Shown here piece after piece: positions 18,699 through 26,771 of a stretch of DNA of 64,000 bases; the first letter of the stretch is position 1; the number at the start of each line of letters is the position of its first letter. The position numbers and the translations under genes are program-made. Under the pieces are notes generated by a model that was not told the DNA's origin, made no database searches, and saw only the letters and a program-made list of their open reading frames with translations. This stretch comes from Bacillota bacterium (GTDB lineage: Bacteria; Bacillota; Desulfotomaculia; Desulfotomaculales; Ammonificaceae), in assembly GCA_040755295.1 (NCBI GenBank), contig JBFMBK010000007.1, forward strand, positions 35,932-99,931, given 5' to 3'.

Positions 18699-19664
18699 TT
18701 GACAGAGATTGAAATCAGGGTACCGATTGAGAACCAGACCGCAGCCGAGGAGATTCTCGGGCGTTTTGATGAAAACCTTAAGGTGATCGAAAAAGCCACA
18801 GGTGTTAAGATGGTTTTGCGTGACGGCGATTTTGTATGTATGGGGACGCCGTTTCAGGCCGAACAGGGGCAGGAGATATTGAACAGGTTAAAGGATTCCT
18901 TCCAAATGCGGGGAGAGATCACACCTCAGGATTTAAGCCGTGTTATTCAAGCGGTGAAGAGTGGTGAGGCTTCCGAGGAGAAGTCTTTGGGAGACGTGTT
19001 GCTTACGACGCCGCGCGGCAAGCAGGTGCGTCCGAAAACCGCGGGACAGCGCCGTTATGTGGAGGCGATGCGCCGGTATGATATTACGTTTTCAATCGGA
19101 CCGGCGGGAACCGGAAAGACGTATCTGGCGGTGGTAATGGCGGTGGTCTGGCTCCGCCAGAAAAAGATAAGCCGGATCATTCTTACGCGGCCGGCGGTGG
19201 AGGCGGGTGAGAGGCTCGGTTTTCTACCCGGAGGACTGGAGGAGAAGGTTGATCCATACCTTCGCCCCCTTTATGACAGTCTTTACGACGTATTGGGGCT
19301 AGAAAACACCGAGCGTTACCTTGACAGGCGGGTGATCGAAATAGCGCCTCTGGCGTTCATGCGCGGCCGCACCCTTGAGGATGCATTTATCATCCTCGAT
19401 GAGGCTCAGAATACCACGCCCGAGCAGATGAAAATGTTTCTTACGAGACTGGGGTTTGACTCCAAGGCCGTGATTACCGGCGATGTTACGCAGGTAGACC
19501 TCCCGCGGGGACAGGAGTCCGGGTTGATCGCGTCCCACCGGATACTAAGCGGGGTGGAAGGCATCTCCTTTCAGTTCCTGACAGGGGCGGATACCATAAG
19601 GCACCCGCTGGTGATGGAGATTATTCAAGCATACGAATCGGCAGGCGAAAAAGCCGATAAGTAA
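18699..19664 (+). CDS. phoH: PhoH-family ATPase
   Basis: Walker A GPAGTGKTYLAV, plus RIILTRPAVEAGERLGFLPG and FIILDEAQNTT. Confidence 0.9.
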   Translation: MTEIEIRVPIENQTAAEEILGRFDENLKVIEKATGVKMVLRDGDFVCMGTPFQAEQGQEILNRLKDSFQMRGEITPQDLSRVIQAVKSGEASEEKSLGDVLLTTPRGKQVRPKTAGQRRYVEAMRRYDITFSIGPAGTGKTYLAVVMAVVWLRQKKISRIILTRPAVEAGERLGFLPGGLEEKVDPYLRPLYDSLYDVLGLENTERYLDRRVIEIAPLAFMRGRTLEDAFIILDEAQNTTPEQMKMFLTRLGFDSKAVITGDVTQVDLPRGQESGLIASHRILSGVEGISFQFLTGADTIRHPLVMEIIQAYESAGEKADK

Positions 19665-19695
19665 CTATTCAGACCTGTATTACACTAGCGGAACG

Positions 19696-19808
19696 CGGTG
19701 AGATGCAAGCAGAGAAAAACAGATGTCGGATACAGGATGTTAGAGGTCGGAATCTTCGTAGAAATTCGCTAATGCGAATTTTCCCCGGATTACTCTGACT
19801 TCTGAAAC
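19696..19808. repeat. intergenic element with central aaattcgc-taat-gcgaattt hairpin and GACTTCTGAAAC terminus
   Basis: Purine-rich arm gcggtgagatgcaagcagagaaaaacagatgtcggatacaggatgttagaggtcgga, a perfect 8-bp central hairpin, and a pyrimidine-rich arm ccggattactctgacttctgaaac. Confidence 0.65.
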
Positions 19809-19870
19809 GGCTATGCGCAGCCTGTCGCCGCGCCCAACGAAGTGCCTGAATAGTTTCAAGCCGATAAGGA

Positions 19871-22000
19871 GTGAAGTTTGTGCTGAGTCGCTTGGCCGAA
19901 CGGGCGAGCGTTCTATCCGATAAATTTAAAACGACGTTTAAAGAACCGAGGTTGAAACGGGCGGGAGCGGCCCTGTTTTTATTTATTGCTCTTACACTGC
20001 TGATCGCGGTCAAATTCTATCCTGAAAGGGTAAGCCTGGAGGCCGGGCAGGTGGCTCCGCGTACCATCAAGGCCCCGCGCTCGGCGGTGTTTGAGGACAA
20101 GGCACGGACCGACGAACTCCGGCGGGAAGCTGCAAATAAGGTTCAGAAGATGTACGACGTCGACCCAAAGGTGGTCGAAACAGTTAAGAAGGATATAGCG
20201 GAGCTGATTCGCAAGGTTATCGTAGTCGGAAAACAACAGGAGAAAAACCAGGCGGATAAGGAGACGGCCCTCAAAGAAGCGCTTCCCTTCACATTGCCGG
20301 ACAAAACCCTGAAGCCGCTTCTTGAGATACCGGAAGCCCGTTTAAAGCGTCTTAACCAGGAATTGAACCGTATCGTCGACCAGGTGATGGCTCCTCCCGG
20401 GATTCGTCAGGAGGATCTGACGAGTGTTGAAAAAACCTTCAATGACAGGCTCGGCCTGCTCAGCCTGGAACCTGCGGAAGAGGTTTTTGCGCAGAATATA
20501 ATACTCTATACCGTCCGTCCGAACAGCTTCTACAACGCCGCCCGCACCGAAAAACTGCAGCAGGAAGCGATGGATGCGGTACAGCCTGTAGAAATTACCG
20601 TACGGACGGGGGAAAAGATAATCGGTGAGGGGGAAGTCGTTACACAGGAACATATTGCCAAGCTGAAGGCAGCAGGGCTTTACCAATCCACGTTCCGCGT
20701 GGGGGCGATATTAGGGGTTTCCTTTGTGGTCCTTTTGTTGGTCGGCGCTTTATTCTATTATCTTTTTCAGCAGCACCGTGAGGTTTACCTTGATCCGATG
20801 CACCTTTACCTGATCTCTCTGGTTATAGTGGGGGTGCTTCTGGTAGCTAAGATCGTCTTTGCCATCGATATAAGGCAGTGGACGGGGGTGACCTCACAAC
20901 TGGGATATGCCGTGCCGGTGGCCACGGCCGGGATGCTGATCGCCATTTTGGTTGATTCGCGGATCGCATTGATGGTGGTATTCATGACCGCTATTTTTGC
21001 CGGGTTAATGACGGACAACCAGCTTCGTTTTGTATTGGTGGGTTTCCTGACCGGTATTACAGGCGTGTACAGCGTTTCTCACCTGAGTCGCCGGGGTGAC
21101 TTAGTCCGGGCAAGCCTTTATGTGAGCGTTGCGGCCATTCTGGCGGCGCTGACGGTAGGACTTGCTTCGGGCACGCCGCTGTCGGTGCTTCTCCCGGTAG
21201 GCATCGGGCTTGGGCTCATAAACGGTCTACTTTCTTCAATCTTGACGAACGGCGCTTTACCGGTTCTTGAATATACGTTTGGAATAACCTCGCCGGTGAA
21301 ACTGCTGGAGTTGACCAACCCGGGGGAGCCGTTGCTGAAGCGTCTGCTTATGGAAGCGCCGGGTACTTACCACCACAGCATAATTGTAGGCAATCTGGGT
21401 GAAGCCGCCGCGGAGGCGATCGGTGCGGATGTGCTTACGGTACGGGCGGGCGCGTATTACCACGACATCGGCAAGCTCCGGCGGCCGTATTTCTTCATGG
21501 AAAACCAGATGGGACAGAATAACCCGCATGACAAACTTGCGCCCACGCTGTCAACGCTCATCATCACCTCCCACGTCAAGGACGGGATCGAGTTTGCGCG
21601 TGAGAACAAATTACCGGAAAAGATAATAGGGGTTATCGAACAACATCATGGTACGAGCATGGTGGGTTTCTTCCACCAGAAGGCGCTGGAGTCGGACCAG
21701 AAGGACCTGGTGAGTGAAACGGATTTCCGTTACCCCGGGCCGAAGCCCCAGACACGCGAGGCGGCGATCGTTATGCTGTCCGACGCGGTTGAAGCGTCTG
21801 TCCGATCACTGAACCAGCCGATGCCGGGACAGATTGAAGGCTTGATACACCGCATTGTTAAAGACAAGCTGCAGGACGGGCAGCTTGACGAGTGCGCGCT
21901 TACCTTCAGGGATCTCGAATTAATCGGCGGCGCGTTCGCCAGGGTGTTGAGCGGCATCTTCCATCACAGGGTGGAGTATCCGCGACAGGACGAGAAATAG
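19871..22000 (+). CDS. pgpH: 7TM-receptor HD-domain phosphohydrolase (YqfF/PgpH-type, c-di-AMP phosphodiesterase family)
   Basis: Extracellular N-domain, 7 TM helices and a C-terminal HD domain (HHSIIVGNL..YYHDIGK..EQHHGT). The start may instead be the GTG at 19880, 9 nt after aaggag. Confidence 0.85.
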   Translation: MKFVLSRLAERASVLSDKFKTTFKEPRLKRAGAALFLFIALTLLIAVKFYPERVSLEAGQVAPRTIKAPRSAVFEDKARTDELRREAANKVQKMYDVDPKVVETVKKDIAELIRKVIVVGKQQEKNQADKETALKEALPFTLPDKTLKPLLEIPEARLKRLNQELNRIVDQVMAPPGIRQEDLTSVEKTFNDRLGLLSLEPAEEVFAQNIILYTVRPNSFYNAARTEKLQQEAMDAVQPVEITVRTGEKIIGEGEVVTQEHIAKLKAAGLYQSTFRVGAILGVSFVVLLLVGALFYYLFQQHREVYLDPMHLYLISLVIVGVLLVAKIVFAIDIRQWTGVTSQLGYAVPVATAGMLIAILVDSRIALMVVFMTAIFAGLMTDNQLRFVLVGFLTGITGVYSVSHLSRRGDLVRASLYVSVAAILAALTVGLASGTPLSVLLPVGIGLGLINGLLSSILTNGALPVLEYTFGITSPVKLLELTNPGEPLLKRLLMEAPGTYHHSIIVGNLGEAAAEAIGADVLTVRAGAYYHDIGKLRRPYFFMENQMGQNNPHDKLAPTLSTLIITSHVKDGIEFARENKLPEKIIGVIEQHHGTSMVGFFHQKALESDQKDLVSETDFRYPGPKPQTREAAIVMLSDAVEASVRSLNQPMPGQIEGLIHRIVKDKLQDGQLDECALTFRDLELIGGAFARVLSGIFHHRVEYPRQDEK

Positions 22001-22367
22001 GTATTATCGGAGGGGATTCCCGGCGTCTTAACGAAAGCAAAAGTGAAAGATAAACGAACGCCGCGACAAGCAAAAGAAGTACTATTTTCAGTGGAGTTCG
22101 ACATGCCGCCGAGGGCGGTCCAAATGAAGAATGAAAATGGGGCGACCCGTAAGCTGGTTATCAGATGCAGAAGAGTAACATAAACGGAACGTGACGAAGA
22201 GCGAGCGGTACAGGAATCTAGCACTCAATTCAACTAGGAAAGTAGCAGTTTCATAAAACGCTAAATGTCGTCAAAACCGCTTGTTTTTTTGCCAGGATAA
22301 GTTTGAGTGATGGGAGACGGGCCGGAGCGTGAGGGAAATATGTGAGGACCCGGCCGGTGAGCCTGAC

Positions 22368-22426
22368 GAAGTAATGCGACGCTTATCGCCCACGATCTAA
22401 GGAAGAACGCTTATTGTATGGGGAGG
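22368..22426 (+). repeat. ~58-nt leader cassette, copy 1 (supplies the ybeY RBS)
   Basis: gaagtaatgcgacgcttatcgcccacgatctaaggaagaacgcttattgtatggggagg. It aligns with 22958-23015 at roughly three quarters identity by eye. Confidence 0.7.
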
Positions 22427-22894
22427 AAAATCCGGGTGACGGTAATAGTACAAAATCTGCAGGATACAATACCGGTGACGGAGGAGTTGATGGCGACCGC
22501 CCAACGTGCCGCTGAAACCGCTTTGACTTTGAACGCGGCTCCGAAAGAGGCGGAACTCGGCGTCACTTTTCTTGATGACGCCGAGGTTCATGAACTTAAC
22601 CGGAAGTATCGCGGGATGGACCAACCTACCGATGTCCTTTCCTTTTCTATGGGGGAGGAGGAGCCGCAGGAGGACGGTACGACAGTGCTGCTCCTCGGTG
22701 ACGTGGTGATTTCAATCGAGACCGCCTCGCGACAGGCGGCGGATTCGGGGCGCGATCTGGCGATGGAAGTGGCGCAGCTTGTCATTCACGGAACACTCCA
22801 TATCCTGGGTTACGACCACCAAACGGACGAAGAAGAGGCATTGATGAGAGCCCGGGAAGAAGAGATGCTGAGTAGAATAGGAAATCAAGCATGA
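22418..22894 (+). CDS. ybeY: rRNA maturation endoribonuclease YbeY
   Basis: QPTDVLSFSMGE and the zinc motif HGTLHILGYDH. The GTG at 22436 (8 nt after ggggagg) is an equally good or better start than the ATG at 22418. Confidence 0.9.
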   Translation: MGRKIRVTVIVQNLQDTIPVTEELMATAQRAAETALTLNAAPKEAELGVTFLDDAEVHELNRKYRGMDQPTDVLSFSMGEEEPQEDGTTVLLLGDVVISIETASRQAADSGRDLAMEVAQLVIHGTLHILGYDHQTDEEEALMRAREEEMLSRIGNQA

Positions 22895-22957
22895 AAAACT
22901 TTATTTTTAAAGGAGTCGCCCGGGCCGCGTTGCTGCATAAAGAAATCTGAAAATGGA

Positions 22958-23015
22958 GAAGTAATGCGAAACTCATCGACACGCCTCACGGAAGAACGCT
23001 TATTTTTGGGGGAGG
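22958..23015 (+). repeat. ~58-nt leader cassette, copy 2 (supplies the cdd RBS)
   Basis: gaagtaatgcgaaactcatcgacacgcctcacggaagaacgcttatttttgggggagg. Confidence 0.7.
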
Positions 23016-23021
23016 TACAAA

Positions 23022-23405
23022 ATGTCGGACGACTCTGAGCTGATTTTAATGGCTCTCGCGGCTCGCGAAGGCGCCTATGCCCCGTATTCAGGCATCCGCG
23101 TCGGGGCGGCGCTTCAAACAGGGGACGGCGCGATTTTTACCGGGGCAAACGTAGAAAACTCCTCGTACGGCGTGACGATCTGCGCTGAGCGGGTGGCTGT
23201 GGCGAAAGCGGTAACCGCCGGGCATCGGGGTTTCACAGTACTTGCCGTGACCTGGAACCGGGAAGGTTTTTGCCGTCCGTGCGGCGCCTGTCGCCAGGTT
23301 CTTCGTGAATTTGGTCCTTCGGTGCGGGTCTTGATGGCAAATGCGATGGGCGAATACGAGGAGGAAAGGCTGGAGTCGTTGTTGCCGAAGGCTTTCGGGA
23401 AATGA
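23022..23405 (+). CDS. cdd: cytidine deaminase (homotetrameric type)
   Basis: CAERVAV and CRPCGACRQVL zinc motifs. 127 aa. Confidence 0.9.
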   Translation: MSDDSELILMALAAREGAYAPYSGIRVGAALQTGDGAIFTGANVENSSYGVTICAERVAVAKAVTAGHRGFTVLAVTWNREGFCRPCGACRQVLREFGPSVRVLMANAMGEYEEERLESLLPKAFGK

Positions 23406-24451
23406 GCGAAAACGATCACCGTTCCGGGTTTGTGAGCATTATCGGCCGGCCGAATGTCGGGAAGTCCACGCTGCTAAACCGGCTGGTAGGTTCTAAGGTG
23501 GCTATTATCTCAGATAAGCCCCAGACCACCCGGCACAGGATCCAGGGGGTCTTGACCCTTCCTGACGCCCAGATTATTTTCCTCGATACGCCGGGTATTC
23601 ACAAGCCGCGGCACCAGTTGGGTCAATACATGGTGAAGGTAGCGCTGAACACCCTCCGGGAAGTGGGACTCGTGTTGTTTTTAGTGGAGGCGAACGCCGC
23701 CTTCGGACCGGGTGACGAGTATATCCTTGAACGTCTGATAAGTGCGAAAACCCCTGTCGTGCTTTGCATTAACAAGATCGACCTGATGCCCAGGGAATCA
23801 CTGCTTCCTCTCATCGCCGACCTGCAGCAGAAACATAATTTCGAAGCTATTGTGCCCTTATCCGCATTTTCGGGCGAAAACACGGACAGGCTTATGCAGG
23901 TTATTCTTTCCCACCTGCCTCCGGGACCCCGCTACTATCCACCCGACGAGGTCACCGACCAGCCCGAGAAAGTGGTGATCGCGGAGTTGATTCGTGAGAA
24001 AGTCCTGCACTTGGCCCGGGAAGAGGTCCCGCACGGGGTGACGGTCACGGTCGAAGAAATGGAACTGCGGGCAGGAGGCAAGGCAAGAAAAGACGGTTCA
24101 CCGGGGATGCCGGATGCCGGGGGGAAAAGGCCGGAAATCACCCGGGTTTCGGATGCACAAAGCTCAATAAACCCCGAATCTCTTGGCCGAAAGGCCGGGA
24201 ACGAAGCTCTGATGCGTCCTCCCGGTGAAGTATTGTTTATCCGGGCGGTGATATACACCGAGAGGGATTCACATAAAGCGATTATTGTGGGCCGCAAAGG
24301 GCAGATGCTTAAGAATATCGGTCAGCTTGCCAGGGAAGAGATTGAGGCTCTTTTCGGATCCCGGGTCTACCTGGACCTTTGGGTGAAGGTCAAGCCCAAC
24401 TGGCGCCGGAACGGAACATTTCTCGGCCATTTCGGCTACCAGCAGGATTAA
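23402..24451 (+). CDS. era: GTPase Era (with a ~45-55 aa insertion before the KH domain)
   Basis: G1 GRPNVGKST, G3 DTPG, G4 NKID, KH domain VIYTERDSHKAIIVGRKGQMLKNIG. ATGA overlap with cdd. Confidence 0.92.
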   Translation: MSENDHRSGFVSIIGRPNVGKSTLLNRLVGSKVAIISDKPQTTRHRIQGVLTLPDAQIIFLDTPGIHKPRHQLGQYMVKVALNTLREVGLVLFLVEANAAFGPGDEYILERLISAKTPVVLCINKIDLMPRESLLPLIADLQQKHNFEAIVPLSAFSGENTDRLMQVILSHLPPGPRYYPPDEVTDQPEKVVIAELIREKVLHLAREEVPHGVTVTVEEMELRAGGKARKDGSPGMPDAGGKRPEITRVSDAQSSINPESLGRKAGNEALMRPPGEVLFIRAVIYTERDSHKAIIVGRKGQMLKNIGQLAREEIEALFGSRVYLDLWVKVKPNWRRNGTFLGHFGYQQD

Positions 24452-24507
24452 CGGGCATGGGACCCGGCGCAGGGGTTTCTGCATGGTATTGCAGCGTATT
24501 TAGTAAG

Positions 24508-24536
24508 TTGACATACGGACTTCAGACTGCTAGAGT
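24508..24536 (+). promoter_or_regulatory. sigma-A-type promoter upstream of mgtE
   Basis: TTGACA (24508-24513), a 17-nt spacer, then TAGAGT (24531-24536). Confidence 0.5.
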
Positions 24537-24556
24537 GGAAATTGTTATATGAGTTG

Positions 24557-24596
24557 AAAAAGCCTTCCAAGTGCAGTAATCGAGGGCTTTTTTTTT
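24557..24596 (+). terminator. terminator-like hairpin in the mgtE leader (era terminator and/or attenuator)
   Basis: aaaaagccttc / gagggcttttt forms an 11-bp stem with one G-U pair and a 14-nt loop, followed by a T-run. It lies 12 nt before the mgtE ATG and downstream of the putative promoter. Confidence 0.55.
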
Positions 24597-24608
24597 GAGG
24601 CGAAAGAA

Positions 24609-25967
24609 ATGACCGTTGAGTCGAAAAACGTATTGGCTAAAATTCGAAACTTCCTGGCTGCCGGACCCAACGAAGGGTTAAGGAAACTCTTGCGTGAAGT
24701 GCATTATGCGGACCTTGCCGAGGCGCTTCCCGAACTTAATACGCCGCACCAAATAAAAATCATCCGCATGTGCGAGCCCGCCAAAGCGGCGGCTGTACTT
24801 TACGAGCTTGACCGTTCCGAGGTGGCGGCGCTGCTGGAGGGACTGGGCGAATGGCGGGTGGCGAGTATCCTCCGGGAGATGTCTCCCGATGACGCGGTTG
24901 ACCTGCTAGGGGGTATGCCGCGCGAGGAGCAGGAGCGTTTCTTGACCCTGATGGGATCGACGGAAGCCGAAGAAGTCCAAGGGCTGCTTGAATACGGCCC
25001 GGAGACCGCCGGCGGCATCATGACCACCGAGTATGTAGCCGTCCGTGACGACATCAACGCCCGCGAGGCGCTTGAAAGCCTTCGGGCTACCGCTCCCGAC
25101 GCCGAAACGATATATTACGTTTACGTGGTCAACAAGGGAAACCAACTGGTAGGCGTGGTTTCTTTGCGCGAGTTGATTCTTTCCTTGCCCGCCACACGGG
25201 TGGCCGATGTAATGCGCACCGAGGTTGTCAGTGTTGGCGTTCAGACGGACCAGGAAGAAGTCGCGCGGATTGTCGGGAAATATGACTTCCTGGCGGTTCC
25301 GGTGGTTGACGACCGGCGCGGATTACTCGGTATTATAACCTTCGACGACGTCCTCGACGTGGTGGAGGAAGAAGCGACGGAAGACATCCTCAGGCTGGCG
25401 AACGTCGAATACGAGGGGAGTTACTTTGAGACTGCCATCCTGAAAAGGGCCTGGAGCCGTCTCCCCTGGCTTATCGTATTGTTATTCGGCGAACTCCTTG
25501 CCGGCCGTGTTATTGAGAACTTCTCCTTTACTCTGCAGACAGCCACGGCACTGGCCTTTTTTATGACGGTGATGGCCGGCGGGCCGGGGAACCTCGCGAC
25601 CCAGACGCTGACCGTAATCGTGCGCGGTCTGGCCACCGGGGAGGTCCACCCGCGGGAGGTCCTGTCGGTGATACTTCAGGAAATCAGGGTCGCGGTGATT
25701 ATCGCTTTGGTTTCGGGGTTGGTCCTTACCGGAATTGCTTTCGTGTGGCAGGGACAGCTTATCATCGGTTTCATCGTTGGGGTGTCTCTGGCTTTGAGTA
25801 TGACGGCGGCGGCCGTTGTGGGGAGTTTCGTGCCGCTGGTGATTAACCGGCTGGGGGTGGACCCGGCCCTTGCTTCAGGACCTTTCATCGCCACGCTGAT
25901 GGATGTATGCAGCATGTTGATCTACTTGGGTTTTGCCACCTTCACGCTGCACCGCTTCGTGACCTGA
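24609..25967 (+). CDS. mgtE: magnesium transporter MgtE
   Basis: N-domain, CBS pair (..VYVVNKGNQLVGVVSLRELI.. / ..LAVPVVDDRRGLLGIITFDDVLDV..) and a 5-TM C-terminal domain ending GPFIATLMDV. Confidence 0.92.
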   Translation: MTVESKNVLAKIRNFLAAGPNEGLRKLLREVHYADLAEALPELNTPHQIKIIRMCEPAKAAAVLYELDRSEVAALLEGLGEWRVASILREMSPDDAVDLLGGMPREEQERFLTLMGSTEAEEVQGLLEYGPETAGGIMTTEYVAVRDDINAREALESLRATAPDAETIYYVYVVNKGNQLVGVVSLRELILSLPATRVADVMRTEVVSVGVQTDQEEVARIVGKYDFLAVPVVDDRRGLLGIITFDDVLDVVEEEATEDILRLANVEYEGSYFETAILKRAWSRLPWLIVLLFGELLAGRVIENFSFTLQTATALAFFMTVMAGGPGNLATQTLTVIVRGLATGEVHPREVLSVILQEIRVAVIIALVSGLVLTGIAFVWQGQLIIGFIVGVSLALSMTAAAVVGSFVPLVINRLGVDPALASGPFIATLMDVCSMLIYLGFATFTLHRFVT

Positions 25968-26135
25968 TCTTCTCACATTGTTTTTCAAGGGTTACGCGGG
26001 TCCGGCATCACCCTGTTCGTGATAATGTAGATAAAATGCCGGGTTGCCGAGCGGAGTCCTTCGAGCAATGCGCCGGAAAAACGACGTAACTACTATAAAT
26101 GACAATAAACAAGAAATACAATAAAGGATGAAAAC

Positions 26136-26771
26136 ATGCAGGGGTTTTTTCTGGGACTGGCCAACGGGACAACCTGTCTTGCTTACTGTGCGCCGGTATT
26201 GGTCCCTTACCTTCTCGGGGAAGGAAAAAACGTCCGGCGGAATATCGTCGCAATGGGGCAGTTCCTGGGGGGCAGGCTTTGCGGTTACCTTTTCTTCGGC
26301 GTGCTCGCCTGGGCCACAAACCAGGCAATCCTTCGGGAGGCGGGTTTACGCGACTTGCTTTTTGGTCTGATGTATACGGTACTGGCTGCCCTGCTATTCG
26401 TCTACGGCTTTTCAAACCCGCCGTCGGCCTGCACGGGAGGCCTCGCCGGTCGTCTTGCTCCTTCGCTGTTGTCCCGGCGGCAGTACCTGCTGCCGGCAGC
26501 TCTCGGACTCCTAACCGGGCTTAACCTCTGCCCGCCTTTTTTACTGGCGTTTACGGGGGCGGCGGGCGCGGGAAGCCTTTATAAAAGTCTGATGTTCTTT
26601 TTCAGCTTTTTTTTGGGAACCTCGGTTGTTATACTACCGGCGGCGTTCCTCGGCGCCTTAACAAACTTAAAGCCAATACGCACCGTCGGCAGACTGTCGG
26701 CGGCATGCGTAGCCCTATACTATCTATACCTGGGGATTGTAATCATCGGAGGAGGGATCGGTGGTCGATGA
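26136..26771 (+). CDS. polytopic membrane protein, DsbD_2/TauE-SafE-like
   Basis: 211 aa with about six hydrophobic helices and an N-terminal GLANGTTCLAYCAPV motif resembling DsbD_2-type proteins. The family call is tentative. Confidence 0.45.
   Translation: MQGFFLGLANGTTCLAYCAPVLVPYLLGEGKNVRRNIVAMGQFLGGRLCGYLFFGVLAWATNQAILREAGLRDLLFGLMYTVLAALLFVYGFSNPPSACTGGLAGRLAPSLLSRRQYLLPAALGLLTGLNLCPPFLLAFTGAAGAGSLYKSLMFFFSFFLGTSVVILPAAFLGALTNLKPIRTVGRLSAACVALYYLYLGIVIIGGGIGGR

Noticed and set aside
22895-23021. Absence of dgkA (and of recO after era) from the otherwise Bacillus-like yqf gene order, considered as evidence of deletion.
   Set aside because: Gene order varies among Clostridia and the genes may lie elsewhere. 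This cannot be evaluated from one window.
24452-24608. M-box (ykoK) riboswitch upstream of mgtE.
   Set aside because: The leader between the putative promoter and the ATG is only ~70 nt, far shorter than an M-box, and no conserved M-box helices were recognised.
26008-26415. 135-aa minus-strand ORF overlapping the start of the DsbD_2-like membrane gene.
   Set aside because: The translation is Arg/Pro-rich and low in complexity, and it is antisense to a hydrophobic multi-TM ORF with better coding character.
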